NCBI GenBank assembly: GCA_050246015.1
Contig: JBFWWU010000008.1
Span: 71,709-135,708, forward strand
DNA: 64,000 nt
Direction of reading: 5' to 3'
Origin: Phycisphaerales bacterium
Lineage (GTDB): Bacteria > Planctomycetota > Phycisphaerae > Phycisphaerales > UBA1924
Below the pieces are notes generated by a model. It was not told where the DNA came from. It ran no database searches and worked only from the letters and a program-made list of their open reading frames with translations. Within the stretch, counting starts at the first letter, position 1. Each line of letters starts with the position of its first letter. Positions 37,839-47,407 of this stretch are shown one piece after another. The position numbers were made by a program, and so were the translations under genes.

Positions 37839-40175
37839 TCACCTCCGGGCTTCACGCATCAGGGATCCGAACGTTCCCATCGCCGCGAACGAGTCCTTGG
37901 GCGTCCCGGCTCGCAGCGATCGCAGTTCGTACGAGCCGTCCGATCTCAGGTCCCACGCCGAGCGCGCGTCCTGGAGCATGATCGTCGCGATCTGCCAGAG
38001 TTTGGCCCGCGACTCGCGGTCGGTGACGGGGCACGCCGCCTCGACGCGGTTGTTCAGGTTGCGGTACATCCAGTCGGCCGACGCAATGTACCACTCCCCG
38101 TCGAGCGGATCCGCCCGGCCCGCCCCGAAGTGGAAGAACCGCGAGTGCTCGAGGAACCGCCCGACCACCGACATCACCCGCACGTTCTCGCTCAGCCCCG
38201 GCACCCCGGGGCGCAGACAGCAGAACCCACGCACCATGAGCGTGATATCCACGCCGGCCTGCGACGCCTCGTACAGTTTTTCCGTCACGTCCTGGTCGGC
38301 CAGCGCATTCATCTTGGCGACGATCCGCCCCCCGACCTTCGACGTGCCCGAGGCGTGCTGACGAGCGACCTGGATCTCGCGGTCGATCATCGCGATGAAA
38401 CGCGATTTCATGTTGAGCGGCGCGACCAGCACGGTCTCGAAGGTGTCCTGCCGCGAGCGGCCCGTGAGGAGATTGAACATCTCGATCACGTCGTCGGTCA
38501 CCGCGGGATTACACGTGAACAGACCGAGGTCCGTGTAGAGTTGTGCCGTGCGCGGGTGATAGTTCCCCGTCCCCAGGTGGGCGTACGTCCGGATCCCGTT
38601 CTCTTCGCGCCGGACCACCAGCGCCGCCTTGCAGTGCGTCTTGAATCCCACCACCCCGTAGGCCACGTGCGCACCGGCTTTTTCCAGCATCCGCGCGAAC
38701 TTCACGTTCCGCTGCTCGTCAAACCTCGCCCGCAGTTCGACCAGCACCGCGACCTGCTTCCCGCTCTCGGCGGCACGGACGAGCGACGACACAAACGTCG
38801 AATCGCCGCTCGTTCGATAGATCGTCTGCTTGATCGCCAGCACGTTCGGATCTCGCGCCGCTTCGGAGATGAACCGCACCGCGCTGGCCTCGAACGACTC
38901 GTACGGGTGATGCACCAGCAGGTCCCCGCGCCGGATCACCGAGAAAATATCCGCGTGCTCCTCCTCCAGCCGCTTGTGCACCACCGGCGTCCAGGTCGGC
39001 CACTGCAGGTCGGCGCGCGGCAGTTCCGCGATCTCCGTCATCGTCGTGTAGTCCAGCACCCCCGCTCGCTCGTCGATGTCTTCGGGCTCCAGTTCGAGCT
39101 GCTCGCTCAGGTGCCCCCGCATCGTCTCCGACGCGCCCGGACCGATCTCCAGTCGCACCGTGTTCGCGAACCGCCGGCGGCGAAGTTGCTCTTCCACCTG
39201 CTCGATGAGCGTGTCGGCATCATCGTCATCGTCGTCGTCCTGCTCGTCCGCCTCCGGCTCCGCGTCGCGCGTCACCCGGAACGCCACCACCTCCGTGATC
39301 TGCATCCCGGGGAACAAGTCGTCCAGGTTGTGCTTGATCACGTCGCGCAGGCTCAGGAACCGGCCCTTCCCCGCCGGCGCCGGCGCTCCCACGCCCGCCG
39401 GCAGCGATTCGGGCAGCATCACCCACTGCGGCAGCACGCTCGGCACCTTCACCCGCGCAAACAGCGGCTCGAACCGCCCCGGTTCCGACAACAGCACCCC
39501 GAAGTTCCGCGACAGGTTCGATATGAACGGAAACCGATGCCCCGGGTCCACCGACAAGGGCGTCAGCACCGGGAACACGTTGGCGCGATGCCACCCCTCC
39601 ACCCACTCCCGCTCCCCCTCCGTCAGATCCGCGTACTCCAGGATCTCGATCCCCTGCCGGCGCAGCGCCGGCTTCACGTCGTTCTCATAGATCTCTCGCT
39701 GGCGTGCCTGCAACTCGCGCGTCGTCGCGCGCATCGCCGAGAGCAGCACCCCCGCCGGCAGCCCGTCCTGGTCCGGGCCCGCCACGCCCTGCTTGATGCG
39801 CCGCTTCAGCGCGCCCAGCCGCTTCATCACGAACTCGTCCAGGTTCGACGAAAAAATCGCCAGGAACCTCACTCGCTCCAGCAGCGGCGTCCGCTCGTCC
39901 GTCGCCTGGTGCAGCACGCGGCGGTTGAACTCCAGCCACGAGAGGTCCCGATTCAGCGTCCGGCTGGCCCCGATCGCGTCCGGACGGTTCAGGGGCGTCA
40001 CCGCCGACCCCGGCGCGCCCACGCCCGCCGACCCCGACCCGCTCGGCCTCCCGCTCTCACCGCCGGCGTGTCCATTCAGCGGCGTGGCGCTTCCCGGTTC
40101 ACCCGTTGATGGTCCTCGCTGCGCCGCTCCTGAACTCACGTCCGCTCCCGATTCTTGAAGTACGTCACCGCGCAT
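37839..40175 (-). CDS. ppk1: polyphosphate kinase 1
   Basis: NRDLSWLEFNRRVLHQATDERTPLLERVRFLAIFSSNLDEFVMKR; two PLD-like HKD regions; C-terminal domain. The six-frame ORF extends to 40301 and overlaps queD. The start was set at the internal M (could be a GTG ~40040). Confidence 0.8.
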   Translation of the reverse strand: MRGDVLQESGADVSSGAAQRGPSTGEPGSATPLNGHAGGESGRPSGSGSAGVGAPGSAVTPLNRPDAIGASRTLNRDLSWLEFNRRVLHQATDERTPLLERVRFLAIFSSNLDEFVMKRLGALKRRIKQGVAGPDQDGLPAGVLLSAMRATTRELQARQREIYENDVKPALRRQGIEILEYADLTEGEREWVEGWHRANVFPVLTPLSVDPGHRFPFISNLSRNFGVLLSEPGRFEPLFARVKVPSVLPQWVMLPESLPAGVGAPAPAGKGRFLSLRDVIKHNLDDLFPGMQITEVVAFRVTRDAEPEADEQDDDDDDDADTLIEQVEEQLRRRRFANTVRLEIGPGASETMRGHLSEQLELEPEDIDERAGVLDYTTMTEIAELPRADLQWPTWTPVVHKRLEEEHADIFSVIRRGDLLVHHPYESFEASAVRFISEAARDPNVLAIKQTIYRTSGDSTFVSSLVRAAESGKQVAVLVELRARFDEQRNVKFARMLEKAGAHVAYGVVGFKTHCKAALVVRREENGIRTYAHLGTGNYHPRTAQLYTDLGLFTCNPAVTDDVIEMFNLLTGRSRQDTFETVLVAPLNMKSRFIAMIDREIQVARQHASGTSKVGGRIVAKMNALADQDVTEKLYEASQAGVDITLMVRGFCCLRPGVPGLSENVRVMSVVGRFLEHSRFFHFGAGRADPLDGEWYIASADWMYRNLNNRVEAACPVTDRESRAKLWQIATIMLQDARSAWDLRSDGSYELRSLRAGTPKDSFAAMGTFGSLMREARR

Positions 40176-40567
40176 CCCGGCGCCTCGGTGACCCGCACCC
40201 ACGACACCTTCGGCGTCATGCCCCCCGACCCCGCTCCCTCCAACCCCGGCGTGGTCCCGCGTCCATCCACATCGCCCAACCGGGCTCCGACCGCTTCGCA
40301 TATATGAGACGCAACATTCTCCGCCGAGGGGTTGCGCCGATCAAACGGCGCTACCTCGTTCAAGTTCGCGTTTCGGAAGGGTCCCACAACTTCGTTGACG
40401 ATTCGTTCCAACGCGTGAAAATCCACGAGCAATCCATCATCGTCCAATCGGTCGCCGACCACTGAAACCGTGACGTGCCAATCATGTCCATGCACGGGCT
40501 CTCGAACGCCCGCGATCAGCAGGGCGTGCGCCGCCGAAAACACCGTCTGGACCGTCAACTCGTACAT
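40136..40567 (-). CDS. queD: 6-carboxy-5,6,7,8-tetrahydropterin synthase
   Basis: MYELTVQTVFSAAHALLIAG...HGHDWHVTVSV is the QueD/PTPS zinc-site signature (CxxxHGH). Confidence 0.75.
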   Translation of the reverse strand: MYELTVQTVFSAAHALLIAGVREPVHGHDWHVTVSVVGDRLDDDGLLVDFHALERIVNEVVGPFRNANLNEVAPFDRRNPSAENVASHICEAVGARLGDVDGRGTTPGLEGAGSGGMTPKVSWVRVTEAPGCAVTYFKNRERT

Positions 40568-40640
40568 CCCGGGCAGTGTAGTAGCCCCGCGTGCATCATC
40601 GCAGGCGCCGTTTCTGCGCCGGCCCGGCGTACGCTTGGGC

Positions 40641-41450
40641 ATGAATCTCGCGGTCATCATTCCCGCCGCCGGTTCCAGCCGGCGTTATTCCGAGTCCATC
40701 TCCGCCGAAACCGGTTCGGATCTCGTGCGGTCGAAGTTGGATGAAGACCTCGGCGGGCGTCCGGTGCTCCAGCGAACGGTCGAACTCTTCACCAAGGTGA
40801 ACGAGGTCTCGACGATCATCGTCGCCGGACCCGCCGACTCAAGCGCGTTCGCGGCGTTCAAGGACCGCCACGCCGACAAACTCGGATTGCTCGGTGTGCG
40901 CCTCTGTCAGGGCGGCGCAACGCACCGCTACGAGACCGTACGCAACGCGCTGGCGCTGGTCCCCGATTCCTGCACCCACGTCGCCGTGCACGATGCCGCC
41001 CGACCCTGTGTTTCGCTTGAACTCATCGAGCGGATACTGCGCGCCGCCGAGCACCACGCGGCGGTCATCCCGGGACTCGACGTCCCCGACACGCTCAAGC
41101 GCGTCGCCGCCGAAACAGTCGTCGCTCCGTCCGATCCGCTCGCCGGTATCCTGGGCGGCGATCCCAGGCCGCTGGGCCGCCCGGTCGAAGCGACCATCGA
41201 CCGCACTCGGGTCGTGTCCATCCAGACCCCGCAGGTGTTTTCCCGCGACCTCCTGCGCCGCGCCTATGCGCAGAACGACCTTGGCAGTACCGACGACGCG
41301 CAACTCGTGGAGCGCCTCTGCGAGCCCGTCCTCGTCGTGCCCGGCGAATCAACAAACATCAAGATCACGCACGCGCCCGATCTCCGGCTCGCCAGGATGA
41401 TCCTGAACGTCAAGCCCCCGCTTGAAAAGCCCGCCAGCATGCGATTCTGA
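40641..41450 (+). CDS. ispD: 2-C-methyl-D-erythritol 4-phosphate cytidylyltransferase family protein
   Basis: VIIPAAGSSRRY...K..LGGRPVLQRTVE, VAVHDAARP, IQTPQVF. IspD-like motifs, with an insertion after the P-loop. Confidence 0.6.
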   Translation: MNLAVIIPAAGSSRRYSESISAETGSDLVRSKLDEDLGGRPVLQRTVELFTKVNEVSTIIVAGPADSSAFAAFKDRHADKLGLLGVRLCQGGATHRYETVRNALALVPDSCTHVAVHDAARPCVSLELIERILRAAEHHAAVIPGLDVPDTLKRVAAETVVAPSDPLAGILGGDPRPLGRPVEATIDRTRVVSIQTPQVFSRDLLRRAYAQNDLGSTDDAQLVERLCEPVLVVPGESTNIKITHAPDLRLARMILNVKPPLEKPASMRF

Positions 41451-41466
41451 AGTCCTCCGTCACAAT

Positions 41467-42882
41467 CTACTTGATCGCCTCGAACGCCTTGATCGCCCGG
41501 GCCCGAGCCTCGGCGTGATCGACGATCGGCATCGGATACCCGAGTCTGGCTCGCATCAGCGCGGGCGGATCGTGGATCTCCCGGGCGTCCGCGTCGGCCA
41601 GTTCGGGCACAAACCGCCGGATGAACGTCCCGTCGGGATCGTACGCCTTGCTCTGGCTCAGCGGGCTGAAGATCCGGAAGTACGGCGCGGCGTCCGTCCC
41701 CGTCGACGCCGACCACTGCCACCCGCCGTTATTGCTCGCCAGGTCCCCATCGACCAGGTGCTGCATGAAGAATCGCTCGCCCCGCCGCCAGTCGATCAGC
41801 AGGTGCTTCGCCAGGAACATCGCGCTGATCATCCGCAGGCGATTGTGCATCCAGCCGACCCGCCGAAGTTGGCGCATCCCCGCATCGACGATCGGGAAAC
41901 CCGTGCGCCCTTCGCTCCAGGCCCGGAATGCCTCGGGGTCGTCGCGCCAGTTGACCCGCTCGGTCTCCAGCCTGAACGGCCGGTGCATGCACACGCGGGG
42001 GAAGCCGACGAGGATGTGCCGGTAGAACTCCCGCCAGATGACCTCCGAGATCCACACCGCGCGCCCCCGCGGCAACCGGTCAAACGCGCGATGTCCCCCT
42101 TCCCACGCCGCCAGCACGCACTGCCGCGGCGAGATCGCCCCGACCGCCAGGTGCGGCGACAACGTGCTCGTCCCGTCCGCCGCCGGGGCGTCGCGGTCGT
42201 CGGCGTACCGATTGATCCGACACCCAGCGAACTCATCGAGCGTGCGCCGTGCATGCCGCTCCCCGGCGGGCCATCGCTGCTCCTCGGTTGCAGATTGAAA
42301 CCACGCCGCGCTCCGCGGAACCGGGTCCGGTGCGATCCCCAGCGCCTCTTGCTTCTTCGGACGCGGGCACGCTCGAACCCCGCCGGTCTCCTCGATCCGT
42401 TTCAGCCACGCCTTCTTGAACGGCGTGAACACCGTGTAATACGTCCCGCTGCCCGTTCGTATCGAGCCCGGGGGACACACCACCTGATCGTGATGATCGA
42501 AGACCGCGGCCCCGGCTTTCGCCGCGGCTCGCTTCACCGCGTCGTCACGCCTCGATTCATTCACTTCGTATTCGATGTTGTAATGCAGCGCGTCGCATGC
42601 GTGCTTCTTCATCACCCGCATCACCGCTGCCGGCGCATCGTCGAATCGGTCCGCCGCCGCGATCAGGAGCGGTATGTTGAGCGCCCCCAGGCTGGCCGAT
42701 ACCTCGCCGAGTGTGCGCCGCAGCAGGTCCACCCGGCAAGCGGCCCAGTCATGGGCCGTCCACTGCGCTGGGCTGATCAAGAAGAGCCCGATGACGCCGC
42801 GCGTGGATACGCTCGCCGCGCGGTAGAGCGCCGTGTTGTCCTCCACTCGAAGATCAGACCGGAACCACACGAGCGATCTCAT
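41467..42882 (-). CDS. phr: deoxyribodipyrimidine photolyase
   Basis: MRSLVWFRSDLRVEDNTAL..., TGFPIVDAGMRQL, WMHNRLRMISAMFLAKHLLIDWRRGERFFMQHLVDGDLASNNGGWQW. Class I CPD photolyase. Confidence 0.85.
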   Translation of the reverse strand: MRSLVWFRSDLRVEDNTALYRAASVSTRGVIGLFLISPAQWTAHDWAACRVDLLRRTLGEVSASLGALNIPLLIAAADRFDDAPAAVMRVMKKHACDALHYNIEYEVNESRRDDAVKRAAAKAGAAVFDHHDQVVCPPGSIRTGSGTYYTVFTPFKKAWLKRIEETGGVRACPRPKKQEALGIAPDPVPRSAAWFQSATEEQRWPAGERHARRTLDEFAGCRINRYADDRDAPAADGTSTLSPHLAVGAISPRQCVLAAWEGGHRAFDRLPRGRAVWISEVIWREFYRHILVGFPRVCMHRPFRLETERVNWRDDPEAFRAWSEGRTGFPIVDAGMRQLRRVGWMHNRLRMISAMFLAKHLLIDWRRGERFFMQHLVDGDLASNNGGWQWSASTGTDAAPYFRIFSPLSQSKAYDPDGTFIRRFVPELADADAREIHDPPALMRARLGYPMPIVDHAEARARAIKAFEAIK

Positions 42883-43019
42883 CCTCAGAGTGTTCGCACG
42901 CCGTCAGCGCCGGATTCGGGCCCCCGCGCGCCAATCTGAAACGAACCAGCCGGGTCCCGTGTCGATTCGCACGGGGACCCGGCCGGCAGATGCCTAGCGA
43001 TCAACGGATCGTCACGTCA

Positions 43020-45122
43020 TCACGAGCGCCGCACGCGCCGGCCCGTGAGCAGCCCGGCGAGCCCGAGCAGCGCCAGCGACCCCGGCGTCGGGATGTACGT
43101 CACGTTGTCGATGTACGACAGCCCGGGGCTGCTGCTGGCGATCTTGAACGTCAGGTCCGTAAACCCGAACTGCCCGATCTGGTCGAAGATCTCCGCGTCC
43201 TCAAACCGGAACGAATACCGGGCAAAACTGTTGAGCAGGTCCAGGTCGGGCATCAGCGAATCGCCCATCTGCGCGTCGTACGTGAGCAGGTTGACATCCC
43301 CCAGCCACACCTCGATGCCCGAGTTCCCAAGACTCGTGAAGGCATAGTCAAATGAGATCTCGAAGAACGAATCGGGCTTGAGCAGTTCCTGCGCCATCGA
43401 CGAGGCGCCGCCCGAAGCGTCAAGGGCCATCGCGAAGTTGCCGCTCTCCGCCGGCGCGAATGTCGGTACCAGCACGTCGGCGCCCGTCGAGCCCGCCGGC
43501 GTGAACCACCCGTTGTCGCACAGCGCGCCGCGGTCCCCGCTGAAATCCCCGTTGAACTCCTTCACGCGGTCCGGGGCGGCATAGGACTTCCACGCCAGCG
43601 CGTACGTCTCGTCCGATCCCGTCCGCAGCGCGTGGTCCCACACCCGCAGGTAATACTTGTCCTGCTCCGGAACCTTGACATTCAGATGCTCGCGCGCGTT
43701 CGCCGCGCTGTTCGAACGCGCGATGATCGTGTCGATCGCGCCGAACCTGGAGAACCCAAGGTCAAGATCGTTCAGGTCACGATACGTCCAGTTGTTGAAA
43801 TCCGCGTTCGTGTCGTTCACCTGCCGGTTCCACGCCAGCGTCGCCGTCACGTACGACCCTTTGCACAGTTCCTTCTGCGTCCGGTAGTCGTTGGAGTTCG
43901 ACGGCCCTTCGCCCGTGACCGTGTTGAGGTTCCATCCCACCAGCGGGACTTCGTTGCCCGTGTACGTCGCGCCCACGAACGTCGGCCCGTGGCTCCCCGC
44001 GGCGTACTGATCAAACGACTCCGCCGCGTCGAACATCCCCGTCCCTGTGTCGTTGCTCACCGAATGAAGCCCTTGACCCAGGTTCGGATTCTTATCCCAG
44101 CGGACGTTGTTTCGGTCCTGCACCGACTTGTTCGCCCCGTTCATGATCACCGCCCGCATCACGCGCTGATCCGTCGAGAGCGCGTTGTGCCGACCGTAAT
44201 CGTGCAGGATCGCCGCCGTCCCCGCCACCTGCGGCGCGGCGAAACTCGTCCCCCCGTTCGTATCCCGGTACGCCGTGTCGTTCGTGTTCGTCGCCAGACC
44301 AACGATCGTCGCCGGGGCCACCACGTCGGGCTTGTCCACGTAGTTGAACCCGCCGGCGCCGTCCGCGTAGTGCGCCGGGCCGTAACTCGAATCGCTCCAC
44401 ACCGTCTGGTACCGCGCCGCCAGGTTGGCCCCGGCGCCCCGCGCCGTTCCTCCCACCGTGAGCACGTTGTACCCCTTGCCCGGCGAGGTGATCCGCCCGC
44501 GCGCATGCTCAAACCCGACTCGATCCGCTTCGCTCCCCTCATTCCCCGCGGCGGCCACCATCAGCACCCCGTGCCGCGCCATCGCCCAGTCGCCCAGCAG
44601 CGCCAGCCCGTCCGTCTCGGTATCCGGGTCGTCCCAGTCGCGCCCCCAACTCACGTTGATGATGTTCGCCCGCGGCGCCAGCAGCAGCCAGTCCAGCGCG
44701 TCCTTGAACCCCTGGTTGTATGGCGCGCCGCCGCGGATGTCCGTCGATTGAAGCCTTGCCCCGGGCGCCACGCCCTTGTAGTTGTTCCCGTTGGCGACGT
44801 GGTTGCCCGCCATCACCCCGGCGACGCCCGTCGCGTGCCGATCATTCGCCGCCGTCCCGGGCCGCGTGAGGTGCGGCCGGCCCGTGAACACCTCGTGCGT
44901 CCAGCGCGGCGCGCCGTCCTCCATCTGTCCAAGTTCGATCGCCGGCAGACCCATCGCCGCGTCCGCCCCGCCGCGCAGCGTCGTCCGTGCGTGCAGATCG
45001 TTTATGCGGCTCTTCGTGTACCACTCGTTGTTCTGCGCGTGCGCCAGCGACGCCGCCAGCCCCACGACGACCAGCATTCCAACGCCCGAAACAACATGAC
45101 GACCCTGATGACCGCGCAACAT
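43020..45122 (-). CDS. S8 family (subtilisin-like) serine peptidase with C-terminal PEP-CTERM sorting signal
   Basis: Asp/His/Ser triad contexts (HATGVAGVMAG; GTSFAAPQVAGTAAIL). Signal peptide. C-terminus IPTPGSLALLGLAGLLTGRRVRRS is PEP + TM + basic tail. Confidence 0.75.
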   Translation of the reverse strand: MLRGHQGRHVVSGVGMLVVVGLAASLAHAQNNEWYTKSRINDLHARTTLRGGADAAMGLPAIELGQMEDGAPRWTHEVFTGRPHLTRPGTAANDRHATGVAGVMAGNHVANGNNYKGVAPGARLQSTDIRGGAPYNQGFKDALDWLLLAPRANIINVSWGRDWDDPDTETDGLALLGDWAMARHGVLMVAAAGNEGSEADRVGFEHARGRITSPGKGYNVLTVGGTARGAGANLAARYQTVWSDSSYGPAHYADGAGGFNYVDKPDVVAPATIVGLATNTNDTAYRDTNGGTSFAAPQVAGTAAILHDYGRHNALSTDQRVMRAVIMNGANKSVQDRNNVRWDKNPNLGQGLHSVSNDTGTGMFDAAESFDQYAAGSHGPTFVGATYTGNEVPLVGWNLNTVTGEGPSNSNDYRTQKELCKGSYVTATLAWNRQVNDTNADFNNWTYRDLNDLDLGFSRFGAIDTIIARSNSAANAREHLNVKVPEQDKYYLRVWDHALRTGSDETYALAWKSYAAPDRVKEFNGDFSGDRGALCDNGWFTPAGSTGADVLVPTFAPAESGNFAMALDASGGASSMAQELLKPDSFFEISFDYAFTSLGNSGIEVWLGDVNLLTYDAQMGDSLMPDLDLLNSFARYSFRFEDAEIFDQIGQFGFTDLTFKIASSSPGLSYIDNVTYIPTPGSLALLGLAGLLTGRRVRRS

Positions 45123-45340
45123 GACTTCTCTCCTATTCCAGCGGGGGTAAGGCTTCGCCGAACCTTCGCGTTGTGTTGGTTGCCGCCGGTTCGAGCGATC
45201 CGCGTCACCCGATCAAGCAGCGTGCTCTCACTTGAACAACGCAGCATCACGCCATTCACTCACGCCCCGCCCGATCATCCGCCCACGCGCTTTTCGGCTA
45301 TCTCGCTCCGTATTATCCGGACTGCTTCCGGAGCCCACGC

Positions 45341-46828
45341 ATGAGTCTGAATCCGTCGCCGCCGAGTGCTTCAATCGAATCGCTGCGCCGCCGCCTCAGC
45401 GCCGTCGGCCAAGACCACGTGCTGAAGTTCTACGGCGAACTTTCCCCATCGCAACAGGACGCTTTGCGGGATCAACTCTCGCTGCTCGACCTGGAATCGC
45501 TCCCGGCGCTAGTGAATGCCTACGTCAACCACAAGCCCGCGTTCCACGTTCCGCACGGTGTTGAGCCCGCGCCGTACTACTCCATCACCAGCCCGCGCCC
45601 CGCGCCCGGCAGTTCAATCCTTTCCTGGGACCCCGCCGCCGCTCGGTCGCGCGGCGAGGCCCTCATCCGCGCCGGCAAGGTCGCCGCATTCGTCGTCGCC
45701 GGCGGTCAGGGGAGCCGGCTCGGGTACGAAGGTCCCAAAGGGTGCTTCCCTGCCGGCGCCGTCACGGGCAAGCCCCTCTTTCAGATGTTCGCCGAACAGA
45801 TCCTCGCCGTCCAGGCTCGCTATGGATCCACCGTCCCCTGGTACGTCATGACCAGCCCCCTCAACCACGACGCCACCGTCGGGTTCTTCCAGCAGCATGC
45901 CTTCTTCGGCCTCGGTCCATCCAACGTGATGTTCTTCCCCCAGGGAACCCTCCCTTCACTCGACATCCACACCGGCCGCATGCTCATGGCAAGCACGCAC
46001 GAGGTCGCGACCAACCCCGACGGTCACGGCGGGTCGCTCCGCGCGCTGCACAAGTCCGGCGCCATCGCCGACATGAAACGCCGCGGCGTCGAGCACATCA
46101 GTTACTTCCAGGTCGATAACCCCATCGTCCGCGTCGTCGATCCCGTCTTCCTCGGCTTGCACGCCGACCCCGAGCGATCCTCCGCCGAGATGTCCAGCAA
46201 GATGATCCCCAAGGCCTACCCCGAGGAAAAACTCGGGATGTTCTGCGCCACCCCCGCGCGCGAGCCCGGCCACGCGCCCAGGATCGAAGTCATCGAGTAT
46301 TCCGATCTTCCCGCCGATCTCCAGGCGCAGCGACTTCCCAGCGGCTCCCTCCGTTTCCTCGCCGGCTCCATCGCGGTGCACGTCATCAGTGTCGCCTTCG
46401 TGGATCGCGTCAACACCGACGCCTCCTTCGACCTCCCCTACCATCGCGCGGAAAAGAAGATCCCCTGCATCGACCCTCGCTCCGGCTCGCCCGTCAACCC
46501 CGCCAGCAACAACGGCGTCAAACTCGAACGCTTCGTCTTCGATTCACTTCCCTTGTGCCGGCGCAGCGTCGTGCTCGAAACAAACCGCATCGAGGAGTTC
46601 GCCCCCATCAAGAACGCCACCGGCGTCGATAGCCCCGACTCGTCGCGCCAGATCCAGACCCGGCGCGCGGCCCGCTGGCTCGCCGCCGCGGGGATCCCCG
46701 TTCCTCTCCTTCCCGGCGGGCAGCCGGATTGCACGCTCGAGATCGATCCTCGCTCCGCGCTCGAACCATCCGACATCGATCCGCGCCGAACCCCCCCGAT
46801 CATCCCGGGCGCCGCCGTTGTCATCTGA
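45341..46828 (+). CDS. UDPGP-family UDP-sugar pyrophosphorylase (UAP1-like, eukaryotic-type)
   Basis: FVVAGGQGSRLGYEGPKGCFP matches the UAP/UDPGP nucleotide-binding signature GGQGTRLG..PKG. ~495 aa. Confidence 0.6.
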   Translation: MSLNPSPPSASIESLRRRLSAVGQDHVLKFYGELSPSQQDALRDQLSLLDLESLPALVNAYVNHKPAFHVPHGVEPAPYYSITSPRPAPGSSILSWDPAAARSRGEALIRAGKVAAFVVAGGQGSRLGYEGPKGCFPAGAVTGKPLFQMFAEQILAVQARYGSTVPWYVMTSPLNHDATVGFFQQHAFFGLGPSNVMFFPQGTLPSLDIHTGRMLMASTHEVATNPDGHGGSLRALHKSGAIADMKRRGVEHISYFQVDNPIVRVVDPVFLGLHADPERSSAEMSSKMIPKAYPEEKLGMFCATPAREPGHAPRIEVIEYSDLPADLQAQRLPSGSLRFLAGSIAVHVISVAFVDRVNTDASFDLPYHRAEKKIPCIDPRSGSPVNPASNNGVKLERFVFDSLPLCRRSVVLETNRIEEFAPIKNATGVDSPDSSRQIQTRRAARWLAAAGIPVPLLPGGQPDCTLEIDPRSALEPSDIDPRRTPPIIPGAAVVI

Positions 46829-46885
46829 TCCCTTCTCCCACGCTCCAATCGTCTCACACCTCACACGCCCCGTGAAAGGCCCCGC

Positions 46886-47281
46886 ATGGTCACGCTCGCC
46901 GACGCCCGCCGCATCATCGCCGCCGCTGAAAAGAAGGCCGCCGCCATCGGTCAACCCATGAACATCGCCGTCGCCGACGCCGGCGGCGACCTCGTCGCGC
47001 ACGTCCGCATGGACGGCGCGTGGCTCGGGTCCATCGACATCTCCATCAAGAAAGCCTACACCTCCCGCGCCTTCGATATCTCCACCAAGGACCTGGCCAA
47101 GCACAGCCAGCCCGGCAAGCAGTTCTTCGGCATCCACGCCAGCAACCACGGCAACATCATGGTCTTCGCCGGAGGCATCCCCCTCAAAAAGAACGGCAAG
47201 GTCGTCGGCGCCATCGGTGTGAGCGGCGGCTCGGGCACGCAGGACCACGCCGTCGCCGAAGCCGGCGCCAAGGCCTTCTGA
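46886..47281 (+). CDS. GlcG/HbpS-like haem-binding protein (DUF336)
   Basis: MNIAVADAGGDLVAHVRMDGAWLGSIDISIKKAYTSRAF...GGIPL..NGKVVGAIGVSGG is the DUF336 pattern. Confidence 0.65.
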   Translation: MVTLADARRIIAAAEKKAAAIGQPMNIAVADAGGDLVAHVRMDGAWLGSIDISIKKAYTSRAFDISTKDLAKHSQPGKQFFGIHASNHGNIMVFAGGIPLKKNGKVVGAIGVSGGSGTQDHAVAEAGAKAF

Positions 47282-47407
47282 CCATGTGTCGGGCCCCCCC
47301 CGTCCTTGCCCCGACATCTCTACCGCCGACGTCTTCCCCGCCGGCACGGCCTCGTCCGGCCGCGAGGTGGCGTCTAATATTCGCCACGAAACGGGAAGGG
47401 TGGGTCT

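Noticed and set aside
38130-40109. 659-aa plus-strand ORF
   Set aside because: Antisense to ppk1. R/H/P-rich.
40175-40301. N-terminal 42 aa of the six-frame ppk1 ORF overlapping the 3' end of queD
   Set aside because: The conserved PPK1 N-terminus (TLNRDLSWLEFNRRVL) starts ~110 residues in, and the extension is G/S-rich. It is most likely a start-codon over-call, and the true start is downstream (the internal ATG at 40175 or a GTG near 40040).
41422-42939. 505-aa plus-strand ORF
   Set aside because: Antisense to the photolyase gene, which has strong, unambiguous motifs on the minus strand.
43632-45344. 570-aa plus-strand ORF
   Set aside because: Antisense to the S8 peptidase gene.
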